From Acidobacteriota bacterium (GTDB lineage Bacteria > Acidobacteriota > UBA890 > WLXD01): DNA of 64,000 nucleotides. The stretch covers positions 480,001 through 544,000 of the forward strand of contig CAXWPL010000004.1 of NCBI GenBank assembly GCA_963666215.2, given 5' to 3'. Under the pieces are notes generated by a model. It ran no database searches and was not told the origin of the DNA. It saw nothing but the letters and a program-made list of their open reading frames with translations. The position numbers and the translations under genes are program-made. Shown one piece after another: positions 11,101-20,102 of this stretch. The first letter of the stretch is position 1. Every line of letters begins with the position of its first letter.

Positions 11101-11168
11101 TCGGGCGAGCCGTCGCAAAACCCACGCGGCGATGGAGTGTCGGTTTCGTTTCGTCGTACCGTAGCGCG

Positions 11169-12527
11169 ATGCGCCTTCCACATCCGCTCGTTCTGTTGAC
11201 CGCCTGCGTGCTCCTTGGAGCCGCCACCACCTGGGTGCTCCCGGCCGGCGAGTACGATCGCCGCGAGGACGAAGCCACCGGCCGGACTGTCGTTGTGGGA
11301 GGCACCTACCACGCTGTCGAGGCGGCTCCTGTTGGCCTGTTCGCGGCGCTGGTAGCGATTCCGCATGGCATGGCCGACGCCGGGGAGGTGCTGTTCTTCA
11401 TCTTCCTGGTTGGCGGCGCGTTTGCCGTGCTGGAGTCAACGGGCGCCCTGCAGCGCGCCATTGCATGGCTGCTGCACAACGTTGGTGATCGGCAGAGCGT
11501 GTTCGTGGCCACGTCGTGCGTGCTGTTCGGTACCGGCGGCGTGCTGTTCAACATGCAGGAGGAGATCATCGGCCTGATACCGATCCTGCTGCTGCTGGCC
11601 AGACGCCTGGGTGCCGATCCGATGACCGCGGCGGCCATGAGCCTTGGCTCAGCGGGGGTCGGTGCGGCCTTCAGCCCGGTGAACCCGTTTCAGGTGACGC
11701 TAGCGCAATCGGTTGCCGAGCTACCGTTGATGTCTGGCTGGCAGTTCCGCAGTGTCTTTCTGGTGATCGGCATGGCCGTCTGGACCTTGGCGACGGTGCG
11801 CCTGGCGGCGCGTCGGTCGGCAGCACCAACACCCGAGCGGGCGGCGAAGGAGGCGGCCGAAGACGAGATTTCTGCGGACGATCAGATCTCCGGACGCGAC
11901 GCGATTGTCATTGCGGTTTTCATCGGTTCGATGTCGACGTTCGTGTACGGAACGCTGTCACTCGGTTGGGGCTTCGACCGCATGAGCGCGTTGTTCTTCG
12001 CCATGGGCACGCTCGTCGGGTTGGTCTCGGGCAAGGGGCTCAACGGCACCGCCGAAGCGCTCGGCGAAGGCTTCCGCGCCATGACGAGCGCGGCGATCAT
12101 GGTGGGGCTGGCGCGGACCGTCTATATCGTGCTCGAACAGGGCCGCGTGGTCGACACGCTGGTGCACGGGCTGTTCCTGCCCATCGAGCAGCTGCCCCTG
12201 GCGCTGTCGGCGCTGGGCCTGATGGGCGCTCACATCCTGGTTCACGTCCCCATCTCGAGCGTTAGCGGGCAGGCGGTGCTGACAACGCCCGTTGCCGTGC
12301 CAGTGGCTGATCTGCTTGGCATGTCGAGACAGGTTGCCGTTCTCGCGTATCAATACGGCGCCGGGCTGACCGATTTGGTAACGCCAACCAACGGCTCGAT
12401 GATGGCGGTGCTCGCCGCCGCCGGCGTGCGCTACGACGAGTGGATCCGCTTCACGGCGCCGCAGTACCTGTTGCTGCTGCTCGTCGGTGCCGTCGGATTG
12501 CTCGTCGCCGTAGGCATCGGCTTCTAG
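11169..12527 (+). CDS. yfcC: YfcC family transporter
   Basis: MRLPHP...WVLPAGEYDR start, SVSGQAVLTTP, QVAVLAYQYGAG, PTNG; many hydrophobic segments. Confidence 0.85.
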   Translation: MRLPHPLVLLTACVLLGAATTWVLPAGEYDRREDEATGRTVVVGGTYHAVEAAPVGLFAALVAIPHGMADAGEVLFFIFLVGGAFAVLESTGALQRAIAWLLHNVGDRQSVFVATSCVLFGTGGVLFNMQEEIIGLIPILLLLARRLGADPMTAAAMSLGSAGVGAAFSPVNPFQVTLAQSVAELPLMSGWQFRSVFLVIGMAVWTLATVRLAARRSAAPTPERAAKEAAEDEISADDQISGRDAIVIAVFIGSMSTFVYGTLSLGWGFDRMSALFFAMGTLVGLVSGKGLNGTAEALGEGFRAMTSAAIMVGLARTVYIVLEQGRVVDTLVHGLFLPIEQLPLALSALGLMGAHILVHVPISSVSGQAVLTTPVAVPVADLLGMSRQVAVLAYQYGAGLTDLVTPTNGSMMAVLAAAGVRYDEWIRFTAPQYLLLLLVGAVGLLVAVGIGF

Positions 12528-12567
12528 CGGATCGCCAGAAAGACCGTCGCCAGGCTGGCGAACGATG

Positions 12568-14376
12568 CTAGCTGTTGCTCTCGATCTCGCCGCGAACCAG
12601 AAGCTTTGTGGCCGGATCGAGCTCGATACGAGTCGGCGCACGATCGACCTCGAGCGTGAACGTTTGGCTCAGCTCGACAATCTCGAGAACTTCCCGACGC
12701 GACTCGCCGTCATCGAAGTGGAGCTCGATTTCTAGCGGTAGTGTCAGCGCTCTCTGAGTAGCCTGAACTTGAGACAGCTCGATCACCAGCGCCCCGCCTT
12801 CATGACACCAGCTACCTTCGATCGTAGGGACCCCATCGGCGTAGAGCCATTGCCGGAAGAACGACTCGAGATTCTGGCCCGACGCCTCCTCCATGACATG
12901 CCGGAAGTCGTCGGTGCTGGCGTTGGCGTCGCGGTACATCTCGTAGTACCCGCGGATGCCGGCCCAGAAGGTCTCGTCGTCGATACGCTGGCGCAGCATG
13001 TGCAGCACCCAGGCGCCCTTCTGGTACTGCATACCCGTGGTCACACGACGCATGTCCTCGAGGTTGTCGTGGATAATGCTGTAGTCGGGATTGTCGGCGT
13101 AGAAGGTGTAGACGCGGTCTCGGGCGCTTCGTAGGCCGGCTACAAACTCGTCGCGACCGTATGCGTGCTCGATGAACAGCAGCGTGAAGTAGGTGGCGAA
13201 GCCCTCTGAGAGCCACACGTCGTCCCAGTCGCTCTCGGTGACCGCGTTGCCCCACCACTGGTGCGCGATCTCGTGAATGATGACGTTGCGCCAGCGATCC
13301 GTGCGCTCGCCGGTCACCGAGTTTTCGCCATAGAAGATCGATGTTGCCGACTCCATGCCGCCGCCAACGCTGGCCGCCTGCACGTTTGCCAGATTCTCGT
13401 AGGAATAGGGACCGACGTGGCTCGCAAAGAAATCCATCGACTCGAACGTCGGGTACGCAAAGTCGTAGAACCCGGCGTCGCGATCCTGTGCATAAACCCA
13501 GGTCTGGATGGGCACGTGCTGGCCATCGCCACTGTGCCACTCACCCAGGTGCTGCACCCCGAACCGCGCCACACCGAGCGCGTTGAGCCAGGTCGCGATC
13601 GGCACCGACTGGCGCCAGTGGGTACGGCGCATGCCGTCCGCCAGGCCGGTTTCCTCAACCAGCAGGCCGTTCGAGATGACTTGATAGTGGGCCGGCGCGT
13701 CGACAATCATCTCTGACGTGGCCTTGTCGGACGGGTGGTCAACCGTGGGCAACCAGTGGTGTGCCCGGGTCGGCCAGTTGTCCGAGAAGAACGTGCGTTC
13801 GCCGTGCTTGTTCGGACCGATGCGCAGCCCGGTGTCGGGGGAGCCCGAGTAGACCACGTGGATGCGGATTCGGTCGCCCTGTTCGGCCGGACGCAACAAA
13901 CGTACGAGCAGCCGGTCGTCGCGGTGGTCGTAACTGGCAGCCACACCGCGAGGCGCCGTTGCGGCAGTAGCGGCCTCCGCCTCCATCGTTGACGATCTCA
14001 GCGGCCTCAACGAGCTCGCCCGATCGCTGACGCCGATCGCCCCGAAGGCGCCGACGCGCTCGAGCCGGACCCCGCTGACCGTCATGCCGTGCGGCGCCCG
14101 CGACGCGCTCGTCGACGCGAGATCGAGCACGACTTGCGTCGCCCCCGACTCGCGAAATCGAACGTCGATGCTCGCCCAACCGTCGATCGTGTCGTGATCG
14201 TCGGTCAGCGTCAGGCGGAAGACGTAGTGCAGAACGTCAATCGCCGGTTGTCGTGGGTAGGTGTCGGAGGTTGCAAGAACAGGAGGGGTCGCGACCGACG
14301 CGGCCACACCCAACACCATCGTTCCGATCACCGCCAACGCCGAGGCAACCGCGAGATCGCGCCGCGGCGACGCCAT
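12568..14376 (-). CDS. M1 family aminopeptidase
   Basis: GGMES exopeptidase motif; HEIAH-x18-E (WLSEGFATY); YQKGAWVLHMLR. Confidence 0.92.
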   Translation of the reverse strand: MASPRRDLAVASALAVIGTMVLGVAASVATPPVLATSDTYPRQPAIDVLHYVFRLTLTDDHDTIDGWASIDVRFRESGATQVVLDLASTSASRAPHGMTVSGVRLERVGAFGAIGVSDRASSLRPLRSSTMEAEAATAATAPRGVAASYDHRDDRLLVRLLRPAEQGDRIRIHVVYSGSPDTGLRIGPNKHGERTFFSDNWPTRAHHWLPTVDHPSDKATSEMIVDAPAHYQVISNGLLVEETGLADGMRRTHWRQSVPIATWLNALGVARFGVQHLGEWHSGDGQHVPIQTWVYAQDRDAGFYDFAYPTFESMDFFASHVGPYSYENLANVQAASVGGGMESATSIFYGENSVTGERTDRWRNVIIHEIAHQWWGNAVTESDWDDVWLSEGFATYFTLLFIEHAYGRDEFVAGLRSARDRVYTFYADNPDYSIIHDNLEDMRRVTTGMQYQKGAWVLHMLRQRIDDETFWAGIRGYYEMYRDANASTDDFRHVMEEASGQNLESFFRQWLYADGVPTIEGSWCHEGGALVIELSQVQATQRALTLPLEIELHFDDGESRREVLEIVELSQTFTLEVDRAPTRIELDPATKLLVRGEIESNS

Positions 14377-15837
14377 CTACTGAATCCTCGCTGAAGACGC
14401 GGGGCGCTCGCCACGCAGTCGGTTGGCGACGGATTCCATCTGTCGCATGGCTCGCAGAATATTGCCGCCGGCGATCATCTTGACCTCGTCATCGGTGTAG
14501 CCGCGGCGCAACAGCTCCGCGAACAGATACGGGTAGCTGGTGATGTCTTCGGCACCCTCGGCCATCGATGGGGTGCCGGAGTCGAAGTAGTCGGCGCCGA
14601 TGCCGATGCTCTCCACACCGGCGACCGTGCGTATGTGGTCGATGTGGTCGGCGAGATTTTCCAGCGTCCCGCGCGGCGCCGGGTTGGCCTCGGACCACAG
14701 CTCGAAGGCGCGATCGATCTGCGCCTGGTCGTCGTAGCGGGCGCGCAACTGCTCGAGCATGTCGAACTTGCGCAACGCCCACACCGGCTCGTCACCTCCC
14801 ATGATCGCGATCAGCGTCGCCTCTACCGGATCACGCGTCTGCAGCAGCCGGTTCCACTCGGGCGTCGTCGGAGCGACGTAGCCACCATAGAAGTTGACCA
14901 TCACCACCCCGCCGTTGTCGGCCACCATCTCGAGAATGTCGTCGGGCACGTTGCGCAGGTGCGGATTCACGGCGCGCGCCGACGAGTGCGAATACATCAC
15001 CGGCGCCTCGGTCACTCGCAGCGCATCGCGCATCGTGGCATCGGACACATGGGACAGGTCGACGAAGATCCCCAGCCGGTTCATCTCGCGCACAACTTCT
15101 TCGCCGAACTCGGTGAGTCCACCGTGCAACGACTTGTCGGTGGCGGAGTCGGCCCAATCGGTGCTGCGGAAGTGCGTCAGCGTCATGTACCGCGCGCCGA
15201 GCGAGTGGAACAGCCGCAGCGCACCCAGTTGGTTGTTGATCATGTGCCCGCCCTCGACGCCGATCATCGAGGCAACCCTGCCCTCCGAGAAGATGCGCTC
15301 CACGTCGTCGGCCGTGCTCGCGAACTCGAGCTCGGGGTACTGATCGACGAAGCGATGCACCACGTCTATGGCGTCGAGCGACACGTCGAGCTCGGTGTCG
15401 GTCCACATCGTCGCCGAGTCGGCGTAGGCCGACCAGAATTGCCCGCCCACCTGCCCTTCGCGGAGCCGCGGGATGTCCGCCGAGAGCTGGCCCTGGACCT
15501 GATACAGATCAACGCTGCTAACGTCGCCGGCAGCCTCGTTGATGATCGTGTACGCCAGATCGTTGTGGCCGTCGATGAGCGGGGACTCGCGGAGAAGAGC
15601 TCGAGCGCGCTCGAGCAAGGCGGGATCGACATCGTCTCGCGACTGAGGGCTGGGCTGCGAGCCAGGCAATTCAGCCCGGGCGCTGCCCCGCTCCGCGGCC
15701 GCCGTTGCTTCGCCAGGCAGCACGGCCAGCAGCGAGGCCAGCGCGGTCGCAACGACCGCAAGCGTGACGATGGGTGCTATTGGACCGGACTCGAAGGGTC
15801 TGCGCATCTCTGCAACTCCGTACGGCGTGGCCGTCAT
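14377..15837 (-). CDS. Membrane dipeptidase (M19)
   Basis: IDGHND, GVEGGH, YMTLTH, VDLSHVS, YSHSSA, HIDHI motifs. Confidence 0.92.
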   Translation of the reverse strand: MTATPYGVAEMRRPFESGPIAPIVTLAVVATALASLLAVLPGEATAAAERGSARAELPGSQPSPQSRDDVDPALLERARALLRESPLIDGHNDLAYTIINEAAGDVSSVDLYQVQGQLSADIPRLREGQVGGQFWSAYADSATMWTDTELDVSLDAIDVVHRFVDQYPELEFASTADDVERIFSEGRVASMIGVEGGHMINNQLGALRLFHSLGARYMTLTHFRSTDWADSATDKSLHGGLTEFGEEVVREMNRLGIFVDLSHVSDATMRDALRVTEAPVMYSHSSARAVNPHLRNVPDDILEMVADNGGVVMVNFYGGYVAPTTPEWNRLLQTRDPVEATLIAIMGGDEPVWALRKFDMLEQLRARYDDQAQIDRAFELWSEANPAPRGTLENLADHIDHIRTVAGVESIGIGADYFDSGTPSMAEGAEDITSYPYLFAELLRRGYTDDEVKMIAGGNILRAMRQMESVANRLRGERPASSARIQ

Positions 15838-15889
15838 ATCAGGGTAGAGGCCGGCAGTGTAGCCGCTCCGGTTGTGTCTTCTGGTTAAA

Positions 15890-15910
15890 CTAAGTTAACT
15901 TAGCTAAGTT
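15890..15910. promoter_or_regulatory. Putative TA operator (overlapping palindromes)
   Basis: CTAAGTT-AACTTAG-CTAAGTT forms two overlapping perfect 14-bp palindromes, AT-rich, about 60 nt upstream of the antitoxin. Confidence 0.65.
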
Positions 15911-15969
15911 CGATGGCCAAGATGCCTCAACGCCTCAATGATGGATCGACCGACCAAGCGATCGAGCTC

Positions 15970-16206
15970 ATGGAAGTTGTCAACGTGCACAGCGCCAAAA
16001 CCCACTTGTCGAAGCTCCTCGAACGAGTTGCCGCCGGCGAGGAAATCGTCATCGCCAAGAGCGGCACCCCCGTCGCCAAGCTGGTGCCGTTCGTGCGGCA
16101 GGCGCGCGCACCCGGCCGGCTCAAGGGCAAGATTCGAATGTCGCGCGACTTCGACGCGCCGCTTCCCGAATCGATCGCCGAATCGTTCCGAGGCGAGCGC
16201 GAATGA
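15970..16206 (+). CDS. Phd/YefM family antitoxin
   Basis: VNVHSAKTHLSKLLERVAAGEEIVIAKSGTPVAKLVP. Confidence 0.92.
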   Translation: MEVVNVHSAKTHLSKLLERVAAGEEIVIAKSGTPVAKLVPFVRQARAPGRLKGKIRMSRDFDAPLPESIAESFRGERE

Positions 16207-16577
16207 GACTGCTGCTCGACAGCCACGCGTATCTGTGGTGGCTCAACGACGACAAGCGGCTTGGCGCACAGGCAAGGGCGGCAATCGCCGCCCCCGACTC
16301 GATGGTCTGCGTCAGCGCCGCCACAATCTGGGAGCTGGCGATCAAGTCGAGACTCGATCGACTCGAGGTCGCGGGCGACCTCGTTGCCGAGATCGCCGCG
16401 AACGACTTCACCGAGGTGCCCGTTAGCGCGACTCACGCAGCGGCGGCTGGACAGCTACCACGACATCACGACGATCCGTTCGACCGAATGCTCGTGGCGC
16501 AGGCACAACTCGAGGGACTCGTATGCGTCACGCGCGATCAGGCGTTTGACCTCTACGAGGTTCGGACGATCTGGTAG
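16203..16577 (+). CDS. vapC: PIN-domain (VapC) toxin
   Basis: MRLLLDSH, SAATIWELAIK, HDDPFDRMLVAQA, VTRD; ATGA overlap with the antitoxin. Confidence 0.92.
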   Translation: MRLLLDSHAYLWWLNDDKRLGAQARAAIAAPDSMVCVSAATIWELAIKSRLDRLEVAGDLVAEIAANDFTEVPVSATHAAAAGQLPRHHDDPFDRMLVAQAQLEGLVCVTRDQAFDLYEVRTIW

Positions 16578-16582
16578 GCTGC

Positions 16583-17356
16583 CTACTGGGGCTTGCGGAA
16601 CTTCAACAGCATGCGGTCTGTCTGATACCGTTGCGTGTCCTCGCGCGTGTAGACGGTGTAATCGTCGTCGTCGGTGCGCAGAATCTCCGAGCTGTCCACG
16701 TACTCGAACCCCGCGGCCTCGAAGTCGGCGATCACCAGGCCCTCGCCAACGCGGTGGATCTCCATGTCGTGACCGTCTTCACGATTGTTGCGCGTCTCGA
16801 CAACGGCAACCGTGCCGCCCGGCACGAGCGCACGATGCAGGTGACCCAGCGTTTCGGGCACATCGGGGAACAGGTGATACGCCCGGATCGCTAGCGCCGC
16901 GTCGATGCTGCCGTCCTCGAGCGCCTCCACGCCGTCGACAAACGCGACATTGGGAAGCTCCTCCTGCCCCATCTCCACGCGGGTACGAAACTCCGGCCGC
17001 GGGCCCTCGATGTAGACCATCCCGTCGCGACCGACCACCTCCGAGAGCAGCCGCGAGTTGTAGCCCCCGCCCGCCAGGATATCGATCACTCGGTCGCCCT
17101 CGCTCAAACCGGCGAACTCGAAGACCTCGTGCGGCTTCGAAAACGCCGCCCGCGGGTCGTGTTCTGCGCCCGGCTCGGGGTCCCCGTGATCGTGATCTGC
17201 GGCGTCGCCGTCGGAGTCGCCGTCGGAGTCACCGTCGGCGTCATGCGCGTCCGCCACCGCGTCGTGCGCCTCCTCGGCGACATAGTGCATGCCGGCGCAC
17301 GCGAAGATGGAGACTGCAAGAAACATCAATACAAGAGGCAGCAGGCGACGCTTCAT
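16583..17356 (-). CDS. Class I SAM-dependent methyltransferase, predicted lipoprotein
   Basis: VIDILAGGGY motif I, ALVPGG; lipobox-like IFAC; His/Asp-rich linker. Confidence 0.8.
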   Translation of the reverse strand: MKRRLLPLVLMFLAVSIFACAGMHYVAEEAHDAVADAHDADGDSDGDSDGDAADHDHGDPEPGAEHDPRAAFSKPHEVFEFAGLSEGDRVIDILAGGGYNSRLLSEVVGRDGMVYIEGPRPEFRTRVEMGQEELPNVAFVDGVEALEDGSIDAALAIRAYHLFPDVPETLGHLHRALVPGGTVAVVETRNNREDGHDMEIHRVGEGLVIADFEAAGFEYVDSSEILRTDDDDYTVYTREDTQRYQTDRMLLKFRKPQ

Positions 17357-17472
17357 TCGAGTGATCCTCCAGTTGCGGCAGTGGCGACCGAGTCGGCCGG
17401 ACGCCCGATTCTATGCGCGTCGCCCAGCGCGGACAACGATTGCGTCGCAGTACGCTCCGCGACCGCGCGCCC

Positions 17473-17883
17473 TCAGTCGGCGAGGAGTCCGGCCAGCGGG
17501 GTGTCGAAGCCGGCGCGCTGCGCGATCTGCAACTGACGCTGATCGAGGGTGAGAAACGACCAGTGTCCTCCGAGCCGTTGGCGGAAATGGCTGGCGCAGC
17601 CCAGGTGCCTCACGTCGGCGCCACGTAGGTAGCCGAGCTTCAGCGCAGCGTCAATCTCGATCGTGAGCCGGCGCTCCGGCCGCAGCCAGCTGATCTGCGA
17701 CAAGAGCTCTGGTCGGTAGCCGTCGACGCCCTCACGTCTCAGGGTCGCGAGGAGCTCGGCCTCGAAAAGGTCCGACGTGACGAGCCGCTCTTGTTGCTCG
17801 AACGCGGCAGCCACGCTGGCCGCCGTCGGCTCACCGAAAACGAGCGCCACGGCGCAAGACGTGTCGAGGTAGGCGACGTTCAA
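17473..17883 (-). CDS. PIN-domain toxin
   Basis: AYLDTSCAV, LRGADVRHL, FLTLDQRQ; TTG start overlaps the antitoxin stop. Confidence 0.85.
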   Translation of the reverse strand: MNVAYLDTSCAVALVFGEPTAASVAAAFEQQERLVTSDLFEAELLATLRREGVDGYRPELLSQISWLRPERRLTIEIDAALKLGYLRGADVRHLGCASHFRQRLGGHWSFLTLDQRQLQIAQRAGFDTPLAGLLAD

Positions 17884-18149
17884 TCTCGCGAGGCCAGAAA
17901 ACGTGCCAACGCCCCGGGGCGATCCGCGATGGTCTCCATCGGCGCGTTCGTATCGGCCGCTGGCTCGATCAGCCCCTGCTCCACGAGCCGATCCCAAGTC
18001 CGCTCGCTCGACTCGACACCGTCGATGGGTCGGATCTCCGCGACTTCGCGACCGCGATAGCTGATTCGCACCGACTGTCCTCGACGCACCTTGCGCATGA
18101 CCTCGCTGAACTTGGCCTTGGCCTCGTAGGTGGAGTACACAGTTGGCAT
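17880..18149 (-). CDS. Phd/YefM family antitoxin
   Basis: YSTYEAKAKFSEVMRKVRRGQSVRISYRGREVAEIRP. Confidence 0.88.
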   Translation of the reverse strand: MPTVYSTYEAKAKFSEVMRKVRRGQSVRISYRGREVAEIRPIDGVESSERTWDRLVEQGLIEPAADTNAPMETIADRPGALARFLASRD

Positions 18150-18461
18150 TGTTGCGTCCAAGATCATCTATATGTCTAGTCTGACTCGTCTGAAGCATAT
18201 CATCGACCGGATCGGTGAAGCTGGGCGATGCGTATCGCCTCACCTCTGTTCGACCGCCGCGCGAGGTGATTCTCCGAAAACAAGCCGGCAGGCGAATGGC
18301 TGCGGTGGACCCGGCAGAGCTGACGAAGCAAGATGGCGGCTGCTCGAGGTGCTCGTCGCGACAGCACAGCCGGCCACGCCAGCGAGTGCCACGCGCCGGC
18401 CGGCGTCGCCGGCTGGAGTCAGAGCTCAGCGATTAGGTCAGGAACGTCTAGCGAGGTGCAG

Positions 18462-19982
18462 ATGTCTGTTTTGAGGCCCATTCACTCAGCCCCCATCGTG
18501 TTCTGCATAACGAGCGTTCTCGCTCTCGGTTCCGCCGCGTGCGCGCCGAGCTCCGAGCTCGCGCCAGCGGGGAGCTCGATCACCGCCGACGATCTGCGAC
18601 GCGACCTCTACTTTCTGGGCTCCGACGCCATGGCGGGGCGGCTCACAGACACACCCGAGAACGCCTTGGCGGCGCAGTTCATCGAAGCACGCTTCCGCGG
18701 CCTCCAACTGCAGCCGGCCGTGGACGGCTCGTACTTCCAGCCCTACGACCTCAACACCTTCAGCCTCGGCGCCGACAACCGGATCGAGATCATCGGAATC
18801 GGCCCCCGCTTGTTACTCGCGCCGGGAGAGGAGTTCGTGCCGCAGCAGTTCAGCGGCAACGGCACCGCCAGCGGACCGGTTGTGTTCGCGGGCTACGGAA
18901 TTGTTTCGGACGCGCTGGGCTGGGACGACTACGGCAACGCCGACATTGCCGACAAGATCGTGCTCGTTGTCGACCACGAGCCCGGCGAGGAGAATCCCGA
19001 CAGCCTTTTCGACGGACTCGTGACGGCCGAAGCGGCGCGTAATTGGCGCAAGGCGATCTACGCGCAACAGCGCGGTGCGGCGGCGATTCTTTTCGTGCGT
19101 GACATCCAGGTGCACGGCCAGGGCGAGGACTTCGACCAGCTACAGCAAAGCACCTGGCCAGCGCGAGAGCGGCGCATCGAGCGCTACTCGCTGGCTAGCT
19201 GGATGAATCAGATCGACATTCCCGCCGCGATGATCTCGGCAGCGTTGGCGGCCGACCTGCTAGCGGCGGGAGGTCAGTCGCTCACCGGGCTGCTGGCAAC
19301 AGTCGACGCCGACAGCCCCTCGTCCCCGATCGATGTCGTGGGGCCCCGGGTAACGCTCACCACCAACGTCGAGCGAACACGTGTGCCCGATCGCAACGTG
19401 GTGGCGATGATCGAGGGCTCCGACCCGGGGCTCAGCCACGAGCTGGTGATTGTTGGTGCGCACTACGACCACAATGGTGCCGACGGCAACACGATCTACA
19501 ACGGTGCCGACGACGACGGCTCGGGCATCGTCGGGCTACTGGAAATCGCCGAGGCCTACGCGCTGGCCGCGGGCGACACCCGCCGTTTCCGTGGGCTCGA
19601 GCCGCAAACGGCTGAGTCGAACTCCGACGCCGTCCACATCATGGCGTACAGCTTCAGCAGCTCGCTGCGTGAGTCGGTGCAGCGACTCAACGAGGCTTCC
19701 GACTCGGCCGGCCCCATCGCCCTGCGCCTGGAGCTCGAGTACGACAACAACGCCTCGAACCTGCTGCGACGTAGCGACCAGTGGCCGTTCCTGCAGCGCG
19801 GCGTGCCGTCGCTTTTCTTCCACACCGGCCTGCACCCCGACTACCACCGCGAGACCGACACGCCCGATCGCATCAACTACGAAAAGATGGAGCGCATCGC
19901 GCGGCTGGTACACCGAATGAGCTGGGAGCTCGCCAACGCCGACGAGCGTCCGGCGCTCGATGAGCGGACCGGGACGCTCTAG
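18462..19982 (+). pseudogene. M28 family peptidase with PA domain, apparent in-frame deletion of the catalytic segment
   Basis: GAHYDH, NGADDDGSG, RSDQWPF and HPDYH are present, but the usual EE and N-x-D-M segments between AEAYALA and RRFRGL (about 19575) are missing. Confidence 0.7.
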
Positions 19983-20059
19983 GGTGTGAAGCGAGTTCTT
20001 CTCGACGGGCCAGGTGCGTCAAGCAGGTTGAGTGGGTGCGGGCGCGTTGCAGACGCTGA

Positions 20060-20092
20060 GAGGGCATGCCCCTCTGCGGGCGCGATGCCCTC
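20060..20092. terminator. Hairpin between convergent genes
   Basis: GAGGGCAT...ATGCCCTC inverted repeat. Confidence 0.4.
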
Positions 20093-20102
20093 GCCCGCCG
20101 GA

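Noticed and set aside
10590-11168. Apparent 645-aa GATase-overlapping extension of YfcC
   Set aside because: The upstream part is an alternative frame of the GATase gene; YfcC similarity starts at MRLPHP (11169)
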